From a virus (lineage: Duplodnaviria > Caudoviricetes): a stretch of 45,778 nucleotides of DNA. The translations under genes were made by a program, and so were the position numbers. The notes beneath the pieces were generated by a model. That model ran no database searches. It was given only the letters and a program-made list of their open reading frames with translations, and was not told where the DNA came from. The first letter of the stretch is position 1, and every line of letters begins with the position of its first letter. The DNA is taken from the IMG/VR virus record IMGVR_UViG_3300044648_000086, positions 1 through 45,778 of that record; one strand, written 5' to 3'. Positions 7,250 through 16,747 of the stretch are shown here, piece after piece.

Positions 7250-10120
7250 TCAAACTGCCACGGATGCCTGCGCCAGCGCCATGAGGGTCTTCATGATTGC
7301 CTGCGTTGAAGCGGAGGGGTGCGTACCATCGGGGTACTTCAGCACGTCGGAGCCTGCTGCGTCCGTCCCGATGGTGGAGTCCGCGGCGAAGTCGCACAGG
7401 GCGTCGTAGTCGGCGGAGGCGGCGCGAATTTGCAGATTCAGAGCGTTGCGGTTCGTGTTGAACGTGGCATCGCTCTTCGGCGTGACAGTGCAGGCGATTA
7501 CCTTTGCGCCGGCCGCGCGGTAAGCGGCCCACTCGGTCTGCAGCTGCGCGATCGTAGGCAGGCCGTTGGCGCCGATCAGTAGCGAGGTGACAGGGTTATG
7601 ACCGTGCAGCGCGGCCTTCGTGATCTGCTTGACGATGCTCGCGCGTCGATCCTGCACGTCAGCGATGTCGCTGCCCGAAACCGCCCAGTTCCAGCCGAAA
7701 TAACGCGCCGGGAGATCGTCGAAGAACAGGCTGAAGTAGCCGGTGGCGCTCTCGGTGATGCTGTCGCCCTCGGCGATCCAGAAGTTGCAGCGCTCGACCG
7801 CGGGCTCTCCCGTGAGGGCGTGCCGTTCTTCGAGGCTTGTGACAAACGCGTCCACAGCGTCGTTCGACAGGCACGTGTCGCGCATGCCGACAAGCGTGGT
7901 CTTACCCTTGAACGGCAGGCCGCCGGCGGTCACGCCGGCCAATCCCGCTGGGTCACCGAACAGGCCGAAGTTGTGACGGCTGAAAGATGCGAGGGTGTTG
8001 GCCGCCCACTTGATCGGGATGCCATCCAGGAAGAAGCACATTTCGTCGCTGGTCGCGTTCGCCTTAAATCGCGATACGAGGATGTGATACCCCTTGCTGG
8101 AGATACGCAGGTTCTTGCCCGAGCTCGAGCGGGGCAGCGCGGGCTTGCCGTAGGCGTTGCCCAGGTTGTTGCCCACATCCCAGTTGCCCTCGTTGCCCTC
8201 CCCGCACAACACCTTGCCCGCCACAGCAGCCGTGTCCGTGGTGCTGATGACCGCGAACATCGTGCCTTCGGTGAAGGTCTTCGCCGTTGGAAACGTGTTG
8301 AACTGCACGACACCAGGCGCGGTCGTGGTGCTCGTGTCCATGGCTGCGCCGGTGCGGGGTATCGCGTTCGGCTTGCGGAAGTAGGGCCCGCCATGCCCGT
8401 CGAAGCGCTCCGTGGAGAACGCAGGCACCGTGCTGCCTTCGACGAATTGCACTTCGTCCAGCAGGACATCCTGCGCACCGCCAGTGTTGTTGTAAACGCT
8501 TAGGCGGTAGCTGGTCACGCCATCGGACGTCCATGTGTGCGTGGCCGTCGTCCATGCGCCTTCGGTCAGCGACTGGTTCGCCATGGAGCCAGAAAAACGC
8601 CCGAATTGTGTCGTCTGCGCGCCGGCGCCGGTGTTCGACTTCAGCTTGCACTGGATCGTCGTGACGCCGGCCGGCACGACCCCCACGTAGATGTCGTAGA
8701 TCCCACTGGCATTCAGCTGCAGTCGCTTCGCGGTGATGCCGCCTTGGGGCCCGTTCGCGTAGAACTCGGTGGGGGTGCCGCCAGTAAGATTGCCGGCGAT
8801 GATGCCGGTGGACAGCGCGATCCGGTTGAGCGGCGGCGTCTGGGTGGCGTACCGGTTCGGCACGTACCGGCCATCCCGGTCCATGAAGTCGATGCACGAC
8901 AGCAGGATCGTGGGATTCACGGGGAAGGAACTTGCCAGCAGCGGGCTGCGCTCCAAGATCTGTGCCAGCTTCGTCGAGTAGCCGGTCGCTTTCGCCGGGA
9001 TCGTGTAGTTCTGGGCGACGGCCGTGCCGGCTGAGTTCAGGTAGACATCGGCCGCATCGCCGTAGGTTTGCAGCACGCCAAACAGTTCGCCGCTCGATGT
9101 GCCGGAGATTCCCAGCGCGGTTGTCGTGAACAGGTTCGCCGCGGCGAGCACCTGCTGGATCGCCGTGATGTTGTCGGCGACGGTCCCGATGTCGGTCAAC
9201 GCACCGGCCACGCTGCTCACGTCGGAGATGGCGCCGCCCACTGCGGCGACTTCGGTGTCGACCGCTGCAACTGCAGTCACGTCGGCGGCAATGCCCGCGA
9301 CCGTCGGGACACTCGCCGCCACGCCAGCCACAGTGGTGACGTTCGCGGCGATCCCAGCAACGGTAGTGACGTTCGCAGCAACGCCTGCCACTGTGGGCAC
9401 GCTGGCCGCCACGCCCGCCACGGTAGTGACGTTTGCGGCAACGCCAGCCACGGTGGTGACGTTCGCAGCAATGCCGTCCACGGTCGTGACATTCGCCGCG
9501 ATTCCAGCTACGTCGGTCACGCTGGCGGCGATTCCAGCTACGTCGGTCACGTCGTCGGCGATTCCAGCCACGGTGGCGATCGAGGCCGACGCATCGGCCA
9601 CGCTCTCGATGGCTGCGATGTTGGGGCCGGCCTCGGGCGCGCCGGTGGTCTCGTTGAAGGCCAGCACCGTGCCGGCGCGGTCGGCTACGCGGGGGAGCTC
9701 CAGGTCGGTATCCTCCCCAAAGCGAACGCGCAGCGATCGAGCCGCCACCTCTGCCACCTGCTGGATGCCCATCACCGTCCGGTCGAGCGCGTTTTCCAGC
9801 GTCGTCGGCAGGAAGCGGCTGGCGTTGGCGATGTCGGTGGTCTGCGTGACGGGAGTGGCCGCCACCAGCACCAGGTATTCATCGGCGGCGAGCGGCGATC
9901 CGGCGTTCGGGTACGTCACCGTGCCCCCAGGGCTCGCATCCTGGTCAGCGTTGGGCGTGACCGTGTAGCCCGACCCGAGCTGCGTCTGCACGCCGGACGT
10001 GTTGGTGAAGAATACGGCCACCTCGTTGGCGGCGAACACCTTGAACGTGAACGGGAAGCTGGTGGCAACGCCGTTGCCTTCGAACGGCCCGGCAATGCGG
10101 GAAGTGCTGGAAACGGTCAT
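7250..10120 (-). CDS. Tail fibre/spike: N-terminal T7-like adaptor, 10-aa repeats, beta-sandwich domains, C-terminal SGNH/GDSL esterase
   Basis: GNGVATSFPFTF N-terminus; VAGIAANVTT repeats; AEGDSIT...SGS...IGAN...DGTHP. Confidence 0.85.
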   Translation of the reverse strand: MTVSSTSRIAGPFEGNGVATSFPFTFKVFAANEVAVFFTNTSGVQTQLGSGYTVTPNADQDASPGGTVTYPNAGSPLAADEYLVLVAATPVTQTTDIANASRFLPTTLENALDRTVMGIQQVAEVAARSLRVRFGEDTDLELPRVADRAGTVLAFNETTGAPEAGPNIAAIESVADASASIATVAGIADDVTDVAGIAASVTDVAGIAANVTTVDGIAANVTTVAGVAANVTTVAGVAASVPTVAGVAANVTTVAGIAANVTTVAGVAASVPTVAGIAADVTAVAAVDTEVAAVGGAISDVSSVAGALTDIGTVADNITAIQQVLAAANLFTTTALGISGTSSGELFGVLQTYGDAADVYLNSAGTAVAQNYTIPAKATGYSTKLAQILERSPLLASSFPVNPTILLSCIDFMDRDGRYVPNRYATQTPPLNRIALSTGIIAGNLTGGTPTEFYANGPQGGITAKRLQLNASGIYDIYVGVVPAGVTTIQCKLKSNTGAGAQTTQFGRFSGSMANQSLTEGAWTTATHTWTSDGVTSYRLSVYNNTGGAQDVLLDEVQFVEGSTVPAFSTERFDGHGGPYFRKPNAIPRTGAAMDTSTTTAPGVVQFNTFPTAKTFTEGTMFAVISTTDTAAVAGKVLCGEGNEGNWDVGNNLGNAYGKPALPRSSSGKNLRISSKGYHILVSRFKANATSDEMCFFLDGIPIKWAANTLASFSRHNFGLFGDPAGLAGVTAGGLPFKGKTTLVGMRDTCLSNDAVDAFVTSLEERHALTGEPAVERCNFWIAEGDSITESATGYFSLFFDDLPARYFGWNWAVSGSDIADVQDRRASIVKQITKAALHGHNPVTSLLIGANGLPTIAQLQTEWAAYRAAGAKVIACTVTPKSDATFNTNRNALNLQIRAASADYDALCDFAADSTIGTDAAGSDVLKYPDGTHPSASTQAIMKTLMALAQASVAV
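9280..9580 (-). repeat. About ten degenerate 30-nt coding repeats (VAG[IV]AA[NSD]VTT)
   Basis: Visible in both the translation and the DNA. Confidence 0.85.
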
Positions 10121-10127
10121 GCCCGCC

Positions 10128-10160
10128 AGTCTCGGGCTGGCGGGGCCGTTCGCGCGTACG
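10128..10160 (-). promoter_or_regulatory. Putative late promoter (leaderless, tail spike)
   Basis: CGTACGCGCGA-N16-GAGACT-N7-ATG. Confidence 0.7.
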
Positions 10161-10162
10161 CT

Positions 10163-13100
10163 CTAGCGCTTCGAATCCGGCGAGGCAGCCCCGGTGATGG
10201 CGCCCCGCACGGCGTCGGCCGCGCTGGTGGGTGCGACCTTGCCGTCCTCGACGTCGGCGACGTAGCCCAGGGGGCGGGCGATCGCGTTGGCAGGCAGGCC
10301 GGTGGTCAGCGAGATCAGCGTGGCCACGTCCCGCACCGCCTTTTTCGAGCTGCCGTCCTCGGTCACTGCCTTGTAGACGGAGTGCGGCGCCGACACCGCC
10401 GATTCGATCATGCTGATGGCCGGCGCCGTGCTGATGCGGTCGTCGTAGGGCTTGCGGTTGAAGGTGTTGACGCCGGCGTTCAGCACCTGGCCGACGCCGG
10501 GCAGCATGGCCAGGCCAGCGCGCAGGTTGCCCTTGAACAGCGCGGCCAGCCAGTCGTCGATCGTGGTGCCGTCCTTGTCCTCGTCCTCGGGGCCGCCGCG
10601 GAAGGCCTGCACGATCAGCTCGCTGACCATGGCGGGCACCAGGAACCCGAGCGTGAAGACGTAGACGCCGCGACCCATGCCCTTGCGCAGACCCTGCTCG
10701 TGCATCACGTTGGCGAATTCGGTGCCCAGCAGGTTGGCCTGCATATTGAAGTACCCGGCGAACTGCGTGAACATTCGCACGAAGGCGTTGCCGGTCTCGA
10801 TGTTGGACACGTCCTCGGGCAGCGTGCTGCCCTGTGTCTGGCGGACTGCGGCATCCGCCAGCCGCCGCGCATCCAGTTCGCTGTGGCCAGCCTCCAGGTA
10901 TTGGTTGTACGCGCCGGTCCACACGATGGGGCCGATCACGTTGTCGACGGCCGACTGCATGAAGTAGGCGTGCTTGGCCATCCAGGCTTGCGCGCTCTCG
11001 TACAGGCTCGGGTTCAGCAGGATCTGCTCGATCGCGTCGCTCATCGCGGCAACCTCGTTGTCCATGCGCGTGGCCATGTAGGGCGACGCCTCGGCCACGG
11101 CACGCGCGGTCTGCCGCGGCGCGGTGGCGAACTGCGCCATAGCGTCGACCAGGTGCCGCGGCCGCACCTTCACCGCCGCGATGCTCAGCCCGGTGACCTG
11201 CTGCGCGGTGTTGACCACGTTGGCGAACATCGCGGCCATGCCGGTGCGGCTGCGCATCTTGCTGAAAAACCGCATCAGGCCGTTGTCGCCGGCCACCTTG
11301 GTCTCCACCGTCTGGCGCGCGGCGCGGTTCATCCAAGGCGTGAGCAGGCTGTCGAAGGCCGACGGGTCGATGCGGTGCAGCGGCATGCTGACCTGCTTGC
11401 TGGTCAGGATCTTGCGCACGTCGCGGATCGGCTGCTCCATGTGGGAGAACAGCAGCACTTTGTCGATGTGCGTGCTCAGCACGCGCAGGTCCAGCAGCAG
11501 GGGCTGGTTGTACTCGACCCGGCTCTTCGTGAAGCCCTTGGCTGTGGCCGGGAAGGCGTAGGCCAGGGCCTGGTTCTCGATCTCCTGCAGGCTGCGCGTG
11601 GCCGCGTCCTTGACCACTTCGGCGTCGGTCATGGCGGGCACGTAACCGCCGCGATAGGTGCCGAACTGGTTTGTGAAGCTGTCCGCCGACACCTCGTCGA
11701 AATACCGGCCGAAGACGTCACGGTGCGCGCGCTGTGCCAGCGGCTTCATTTCCTCGAGCATGTCCCACACGCCTTGGGCGAAGTCGAAGTCGGCCTTCGT
11801 CAGCACGCCGGTCTCGATCATGCGCTGGAGGAACGCATCCCAGCGCGTCGTATCCAGCGTGCCGTCGACGTTCTCGGTGGCCCACTGGCGCCCGAGCAGC
11901 AGCTTGCGCTTGTTCGACCAGTTGCCGGTGTGCAGCAGCGCGTGCAGGATCTCGGCCTTGCCGCTGCCGCCTCGGGAATACCCGAACGTGTAACCGCGGG
12001 GGCCGAGCTCCGGCGCCTCGATGCGGGCCTGGCCCACGTCGAGCTTGCCCAGCAGGTCGCGGTAGCGCTTGAGGTACTTCGCCTTGTCGGTGCGGTAGCG
12101 TGTGGCCGCGTCCTTGACCGGCTGCCAGACGTACTTGCGGAACGGGCCCGGGGTGCTGCCGTCCTTCGCGTCCGCCCACGACTCCACGCGGCGCAGGGCC
12201 GCGGCACCGGCGCGCAGGCGGGCGATGCGCCGCTCGCCGTCGGTGACCGCCTTGTCCTCACCGGGCACGCGGTCGGGGATGCCGATGGCTTCCATGCGCT
12301 CGACCAGCGGGCGGCGGGCGTTGTCGATGTCGACCAGCTGGCCGTCGATCTCCACCTGCCGGCTGCGCTTGGCCAAGTACCACAGGCTCTGGATCTCTTC
12401 CACCAGCCCGCGGAATTCCTCGACGGTCAGTTCCTTCAGGGGCTTGGCGTTCGCGGTCAGCACGTCGACCTTGTCGGCCAACACCTGCGCGGTAGCCGGG
12501 TCGTACTGCTTGACCGCCTCCAGGTATTTCTTCGCGGTCTCGCCCTTGCTGCCCACGCCGTAGTCGGCCAGCACGGCGCGCGCGGCCTGCACCATGTCCC
12601 AGTCGCGGGTTTTGCTGATGTCGTCGCGGCCGCCGCGCACCACCTTGCGGAAGAACTCGACGCCTTTGCGCACCTCGGCCTGCGCTTCGTAGGCGGACTT
12701 CGTCGCGTAGTTGTTCACCAGCTGGTTGCGCTTGTGCATCGCCGCTTCCTCGGTGCTCTTGCCCAGCGCCTGCGTGGCCAGCTTGGCGGCGCGCGCCTCG
12801 GCGGTGGCGTACTGCTGGGGGCGCAGGTTGCGGATCTGCTGGCGCGCGATCACCTGCGCGGCGTACTCCTGCGCCGCCTTGGCCATCACGTTGACCGTGT
12901 CGCGGTCCTTGTAGAGGCTGTCGCCGGAGGCGGTCACATTGTTGGCCTTGGCCAGCGCCTTGAGCTCGTTGGCGATCACGCGCGCGCGCAGCTCGTTGTG
13001 CACCGCCTCGTCGGCCGCGCGGTTCAGCGCCTCGGGACTGCTGATGTCGCCGTGCTTCTGCAGGGTGCGGAAGTCGGTCAGCTCGTCGATCACCTTTTCA

Positions 13101-16100
13101 GGCTCCGGCGTGATGGCCAGGGTGCGCACCAGTTGCTGGCCCGACGCAAAGCCGAAGGTCTCGGCCACCACGTCGGGGTCGGTGCCGCGGCTTTCCGACA
13201 GCATGCCCAGGTCGCGCAGGCGCGGGAACGCGTCCTTGTACGCATCCTTCACCACGCTGGTCAGCAGCCGCCCGGAAATGAATTCGGGCTGATCCAGCGC
13301 GCGGATCGGCTCTTCGCCGGCGTAGTCCTTGCGGAACGAGTATCGGTCGACGCCGCGCCGCTGGTCGTCGAACAGCTCTTCGAAGCGCGCCAGGTCGGCC
13401 TTGCCGTCTTGATCGGGCAGCAGGTAGCCAGCCTCCAGCAGGCGCTCGGCCATGGCGTCGATCGACATGCCGCCGGTCTTTCGCAACACGGGCTGACCGA
13501 ACAGACCGGAGGCGAAGTCGTCGTCCTTGACGTCGAGGCCCCATTGTGAGCGCACCTGCTCACGGTCGAGGCCGCCCATGCGGGCGATGGCGGTGAAGAG
13601 GTTGTCGTGTTCCTCCCCGAGCTTTTTGACTTTCTTGTCACCGTCGATGCGGTTCAGCTTGCCGGTCAGGAACGCCCACGCCCGATAGATCGGCTCGCCC
13701 ATCACCTCGGCGCGCACCTCGCGCTCAACCTCGGCGCGCGCTTCCTTCGCAGCAGCCTGCGCTTCCTTCAGGGCCTTGTCGCGAGCGCGCGCCAGCCACT
13801 TCATGTCCTTCATGAGCCGCGCGTCGAGCTCCGCGCTGGCCTGGGCGGTGGCGCGCTCGGCCAGCGCTTGGTAGTCCGCGTATTCCTGCGGCGTCATGCC
13901 GGCCTGCTCTGGCGTCTGGAACATCGGCCCCATGGTGCGCGCGTCCTGTGCCTCGGCGATCGCCTGGTCGCTGGCCAGCATGCGGTTCATGACCTGCCGC
14001 ACGTCGTCGCTGATCTCCACGTTCAGCCCGGCCAGCGTCTTGTAGACGGAGACCAGCCACGCCCGGAAGCGCGCGAACAGGGTCTGCAGCTCCAGGCTGG
14101 GGGCCTTGCCCTCCATAACGTAGCGCTCGAAGCCGCGCGCCCAGCTCTCGTGGTGCTCGCGCTTTTCCTCCAGCGACATCGCCACCCACGTGTCGAGGGC
14201 CGACATCTGCGGGTCGCCCTGGATCCCGAACCAGTCGAGGATGCGGCCCATGTCGGCAACGATCTGCCGCTCGCCGTCGGTGACGTCCTCGCCGGCGCTG
14301 ATGCGCGCCTGGATGCGCGCGGCCAGGTCGGCTTGCACCTCGAGGAAGAAATGGCCGGACTCGTGGATGAACGTCGACAGGTCGGCGCCGGCCAGCAGCG
14401 CCATCGTGCTGGTGGCCGGATCGAAGCTGCCGCGGGTGACCTGGGCCTCGCCCTGGCGCAGGATGCTGGCGTCGCTCGGGTCGAAGGTACCGCGGTTCCG
14501 GCTGGCGGACTTCAGCTGCGTGGGCTCGAAGACGAAGCCGGTGATCGTGCCGTCGCTCTCCGGCAGGAGCACGCCGTCATAGCCTCGCTGCTGAAGCTCG
14601 TCGAGCGTGTATTTGTCGTACTCTTTCCAGCCTGCCGGATTCTTGACCGCTGCGTACAGGTCCATGACGTAGCCGCGGCCCTGCGCGCCCACTTCGCCCG
14701 CTTCGATTGCGGCCTTGTCGTTCGTGAACCACGCGATACCCTGCGTGGCTTTTTTCATGTTGAACTTGGTGAACTTGGCCGCGGTGCCGTGATACACGAC
14801 CATCGGCTTGCCCTCAGGGTCGACGACTTTGCTGTCGCCGAACCATGCTTGGAAGGCCGGATTTTCGACGGGCCCCTGCCGCAGCGGCACATCCTGATCC
14901 AGCAGCGCCGTCGCCCGCGTCTGCGCCACGATGCGCAGGTTGTACCGCTGCAGCATGTCGGCCAGCGGCACGCCGGCGCGCAGCGCCTGCACCGCGTAGA
15001 AGTTGCCTAGCAGCGTCGCGTAGGCCTTGTTCACCTCGGCGCGGAAGCGCCCGGCGGCGGTCAGTTCCTGCTCGAACTGCGCCGTGGCCTGCTCGACCTG
15101 CTGCTTGAAGGCGGTGGCTTCCTCGCGCTGGACCAGCATGCGCTCGACGTCGGCCTGGATCTTCGCGCCCTGCTCGCTCATGAACGTCTGCGCTTCGGCG
15201 CGGCTCATGGCCTCCGGTGACTCGCGCAGGTGGTCGAGCAGCGGCGTGGTGAACTCCGGCCCCAGCGCCACGAGCTCGGCCACCGGCAGCCGGACGTCGG
15301 CGCCGGGCACCGCGGCCTGCAGCTGGTGCAGCACGTTCGGCGCCGACAGCGCCAGCGCTTCCATGTCGACGCCGCTCTGGTTCAGCACGTTGGCCAGTTG
15401 CTCGCCGTCGACGTACATCTCGACCGGCGCCTGCCCCGACTCCGTCATTTCCCGCACCAGCGCGGTGAAGCTGTCGGGCGCGCGCTGCGCCAGCTTCGAC
15501 GCCGCGACCAGCTCGGTCAGTTCCTGCACCGTCTGCACGTGCGCGTCGGCATCCTGCCCGCGCTGCTGCTCGGGCGCCAGGCGGCGCGCGATCGCGTTGG
15601 CGCCGCCCATGGCGCCGGACTGCACCAGCGTGGCTAGCAGGGTCTGGTAGGCCGCGTCCGGCCGCTCGGCGATGTACTCGCCCCAGGTCTTGTTCGGATT
15701 CGCGATGGCCGTGTCGACGGCGTCCTGCGCCAGCGTGGCCAGCTGCTCGCCCGGGATCTCGCGCGCCAGCAGGCCCTTGACGAAGTCGGTGGCGCCGGCC
15801 TTGCCCAGCTGCCGCACCATGAACCCCATGGGCAGCGCCTCGGTGGCGACCTCGATGCCGCCTTCCAGCAGCGCGCCGGCGGTTGCCTCGCCAGGCGTGC
15901 CGCCGCGGCTGCGGTACTTGCCGTAGGCCTGCCCGCCGCTCTGGGCGCCGGCGATCGCCAGCCCCGGGATCGGGCTGCCCGACAGCACGGACAGGATGAT
16001 GCCGGGGGCGTTGTCGACCACGCTCTGCGCGCCCGAATACAGCCCCTTGCCGGTGCTGGTCTCGAACTCCGGGGTGTTGCGCTCGGCGCGCGAGCGTGCC

Positions 16101-16747
16101 ACGTCGTATTTGCGGATGGCCTGTTCCTGGCCCATGCCCAGCGCGTCCGCCGCGGCCACGCCCAGCCCAGCGCTCAGCGAGCGGAACCGGTCGGCGCTGA
16201 ACAGGCCGCTGGCGATGCTGCCCGCGCTGGGCGCGGGGCCGCGGCCCACGCCAATGGTCGGCCCGTTCTCGATCTGCGTGCGCTGCATCACCGCCGCGCG
16301 TGCCGTGTCCGGATCCAGCGCGGGGTTCTGCTGCAGCAGCTTGCGCACGGTCAGCGAATACTGCTGGCCGGACATCACCGGCTCGATCGCCACCGGGTCG
16401 GCGAAGCGGCGCGGCGACATCATGCGCCGCACCACGGTCTCGATGCCGGAGAGCACGCCGCTGTCGTCGCGCGCCAGCTTCATGAAGTCGGCGTCGGTGT
16501 ACTTCTGCCGCAGCGTGGGCGTGCGCTGGGTGTCGGTGTCGAGCTTGCGGAACTGTGCCTCCCGCTCGCTGTCCTCGGGTCGGGCCTCGACCAGTGCCGG
16601 CGGCACGCCCAGATAACCCGCAGTCTGGCGCGCCTTGGCCGCGCTGTCCGGGTTCACGCCAAACGTCAGGGTGGCCGTCGCGCCGATGCGCGCAGCCTGC
16701 GACTGCTCCTGCTCGTCGAGCAGGCTGAGGTAGGGGTTACCGGACAT
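10163..16747 (-). CDS. Large internal virion (ejection) polyvalent protein with ART-like and zincin domains
   Basis: Last of three internal-protein genes. WFGDSKVVD..G.P.VVYHGT...GYDG...F.PTQLKS...GTFD; TFIHESGHFF (HExxH). Confidence 0.85.
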   Translation of the reverse strand: MSGNPYLSLLDEQEQSQAARIGATATLTFGVNPDSAAKARQTAGYLGVPPALVEARPEDSEREAQFRKLDTDTQRTPTLRQKYTDADFMKLARDDSGVLSGIETVVRRMMSPRRFADPVAIEPVMSGQQYSLTVRKLLQQNPALDPDTARAAVMQRTQIENGPTIGVGRGPAPSAGSIASGLFSADRFRSLSAGLGVAAADALGMGQEQAIRKYDVARSRAERNTPEFETSTGKGLYSGAQSVVDNAPGIILSVLSGSPIPGLAIAGAQSGGQAYGKYRSRGGTPGEATAGALLEGGIEVATEALPMGFMVRQLGKAGATDFVKGLLAREIPGEQLATLAQDAVDTAIANPNKTWGEYIAERPDAAYQTLLATLVQSGAMGGANAIARRLAPEQQRGQDADAHVQTVQELTELVAASKLAQRAPDSFTALVREMTESGQAPVEMYVDGEQLANVLNQSGVDMEALALSAPNVLHQLQAAVPGADVRLPVAELVALGPEFTTPLLDHLRESPEAMSRAEAQTFMSEQGAKIQADVERMLVQREEATAFKQQVEQATAQFEQELTAAGRFRAEVNKAYATLLGNFYAVQALRAGVPLADMLQRYNLRIVAQTRATALLDQDVPLRQGPVENPAFQAWFGDSKVVDPEGKPMVVYHGTAAKFTKFNMKKATQGIAWFTNDKAAIEAGEVGAQGRGYVMDLYAAVKNPAGWKEYDKYTLDELQQRGYDGVLLPESDGTITGFVFEPTQLKSASRNRGTFDPSDASILRQGEAQVTRGSFDPATSTMALLAGADLSTFIHESGHFFLEVQADLAARIQARISAGEDVTDGERQIVADMGRILDWFGIQGDPQMSALDTWVAMSLEEKREHHESWARGFERYVMEGKAPSLELQTLFARFRAWLVSVYKTLAGLNVEISDDVRQVMNRMLASDQAIAEAQDARTMGPMFQTPEQAGMTPQEYADYQALAERATAQASAELDARLMKDMKWLARARDKALKEAQAAAKEARAEVEREVRAEVMGEPIYRAWAFLTGKLNRIDGDKKVKKLGEEHDNLFTAIARMGGLDREQVRSQWGLDVKDDDFASGLFGQPVLRKTGGMSIDAMAERLLEAGYLLPDQDGKADLARFEELFDDQRRGVDRYSFRKDYAGEEPIRALDQPEFISGRLLTSVVKDAYKDAFPRLRDLGMLSESRGTDPDVVAETFGFASGQQLVRTLAITPEPEKVIDELTDFRTLQKHGDISSPEALNRAADEAVHNELRARVIANELKALAKANNVTASGDSLYKDRDTVNVMAKAAQEYAAQVIARQQIRNLRPQQYATAEARAAKLATQALGKSTEEAAMHKRNQLVNNYATKSAYEAQAEVRKGVEFFRKVVRGGRDDISKTRDWDMVQAARAVLADYGVGSKGETAKKYLEAVKQYDPATAQVLADKVDVLTANAKPLKELTVEEFRGLVEEIQSLWYLAKRSRQVEIDGQLVDIDNARRPLVERMEAIGIPDRVPGEDKAVTDGERRIARLRAGAAALRRVESWADAKDGSTPGPFRKYVWQPVKDAATRYRTDKAKYLKRYRDLLGKLDVGQARIEAPELGPRGYTFGYSRGGSGKAEILHALLHTGNWSNKRKLLLGRQWATENVDGTLDTTRWDAFLQRMIETGVLTKADFDFAQGVWDMLEEMKPLAQRAHRDVFGRYFDEVSADSFTNQFGTYRGGYVPAMTDAEVVKDAATRSLQEIENQALAYAFPATAKGFTKSRVEYNQPLLLDLRVLSTHIDKVLLFSHMEQPIRDVRKILTSKQVSMPLHRIDPSAFDSLLTPWMNRAARQTVETKVAGDNGLMRFFSKMRSRTGMAAMFANVVNTAQQVTGLSIAAVKVRPRHLVDAMAQFATAPRQTARAVAEASPYMATRMDNEVAAMSDAIEQILLNPSLYESAQAWMAKHAYFMQSAVDNVIGPIVWTGAYNQYLEAGHSELDARRLADAAVRQTQGSTLPEDVSNIETGNAFVRMFTQFAGYFNMQANLLGTEFANVMHEQGLRKGMGRGVYVFTLGFLVPAMVSELIVQAFRGGPEDEDKDGTTIDDWLAALFKGNLRAGLAMLPGVGQVLNAGVNTFNRKPYDDRISTAPAISMIESAVSAPHSVYKAVTEDGSSKKAVRDVATLISLTTGLPANAIARPLGYVADVEDGKVAPTSAADAVRGAITGAASPDSKR

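Noticed and set aside
7317-7327. Seventh late-promoter copy (GGTACGCACCC) upstream of the lysis genes
   Set aside because: Four mismatches and no AnnnT hexamer at the 16-nt spacing.
5000-10160. Diversity-generating retroelement expected from the BPP-1-like layout
   Set aside because: No reverse transcriptase ORF and no TR/VR pair seen; the fibre ends in an SGNH domain.
9068-13549. 1493-aa + strand ORF and other long antisense ORFs
   Set aside because: Shadow frames of high-GC genes on the opposite strand, with no recognisable motifs.
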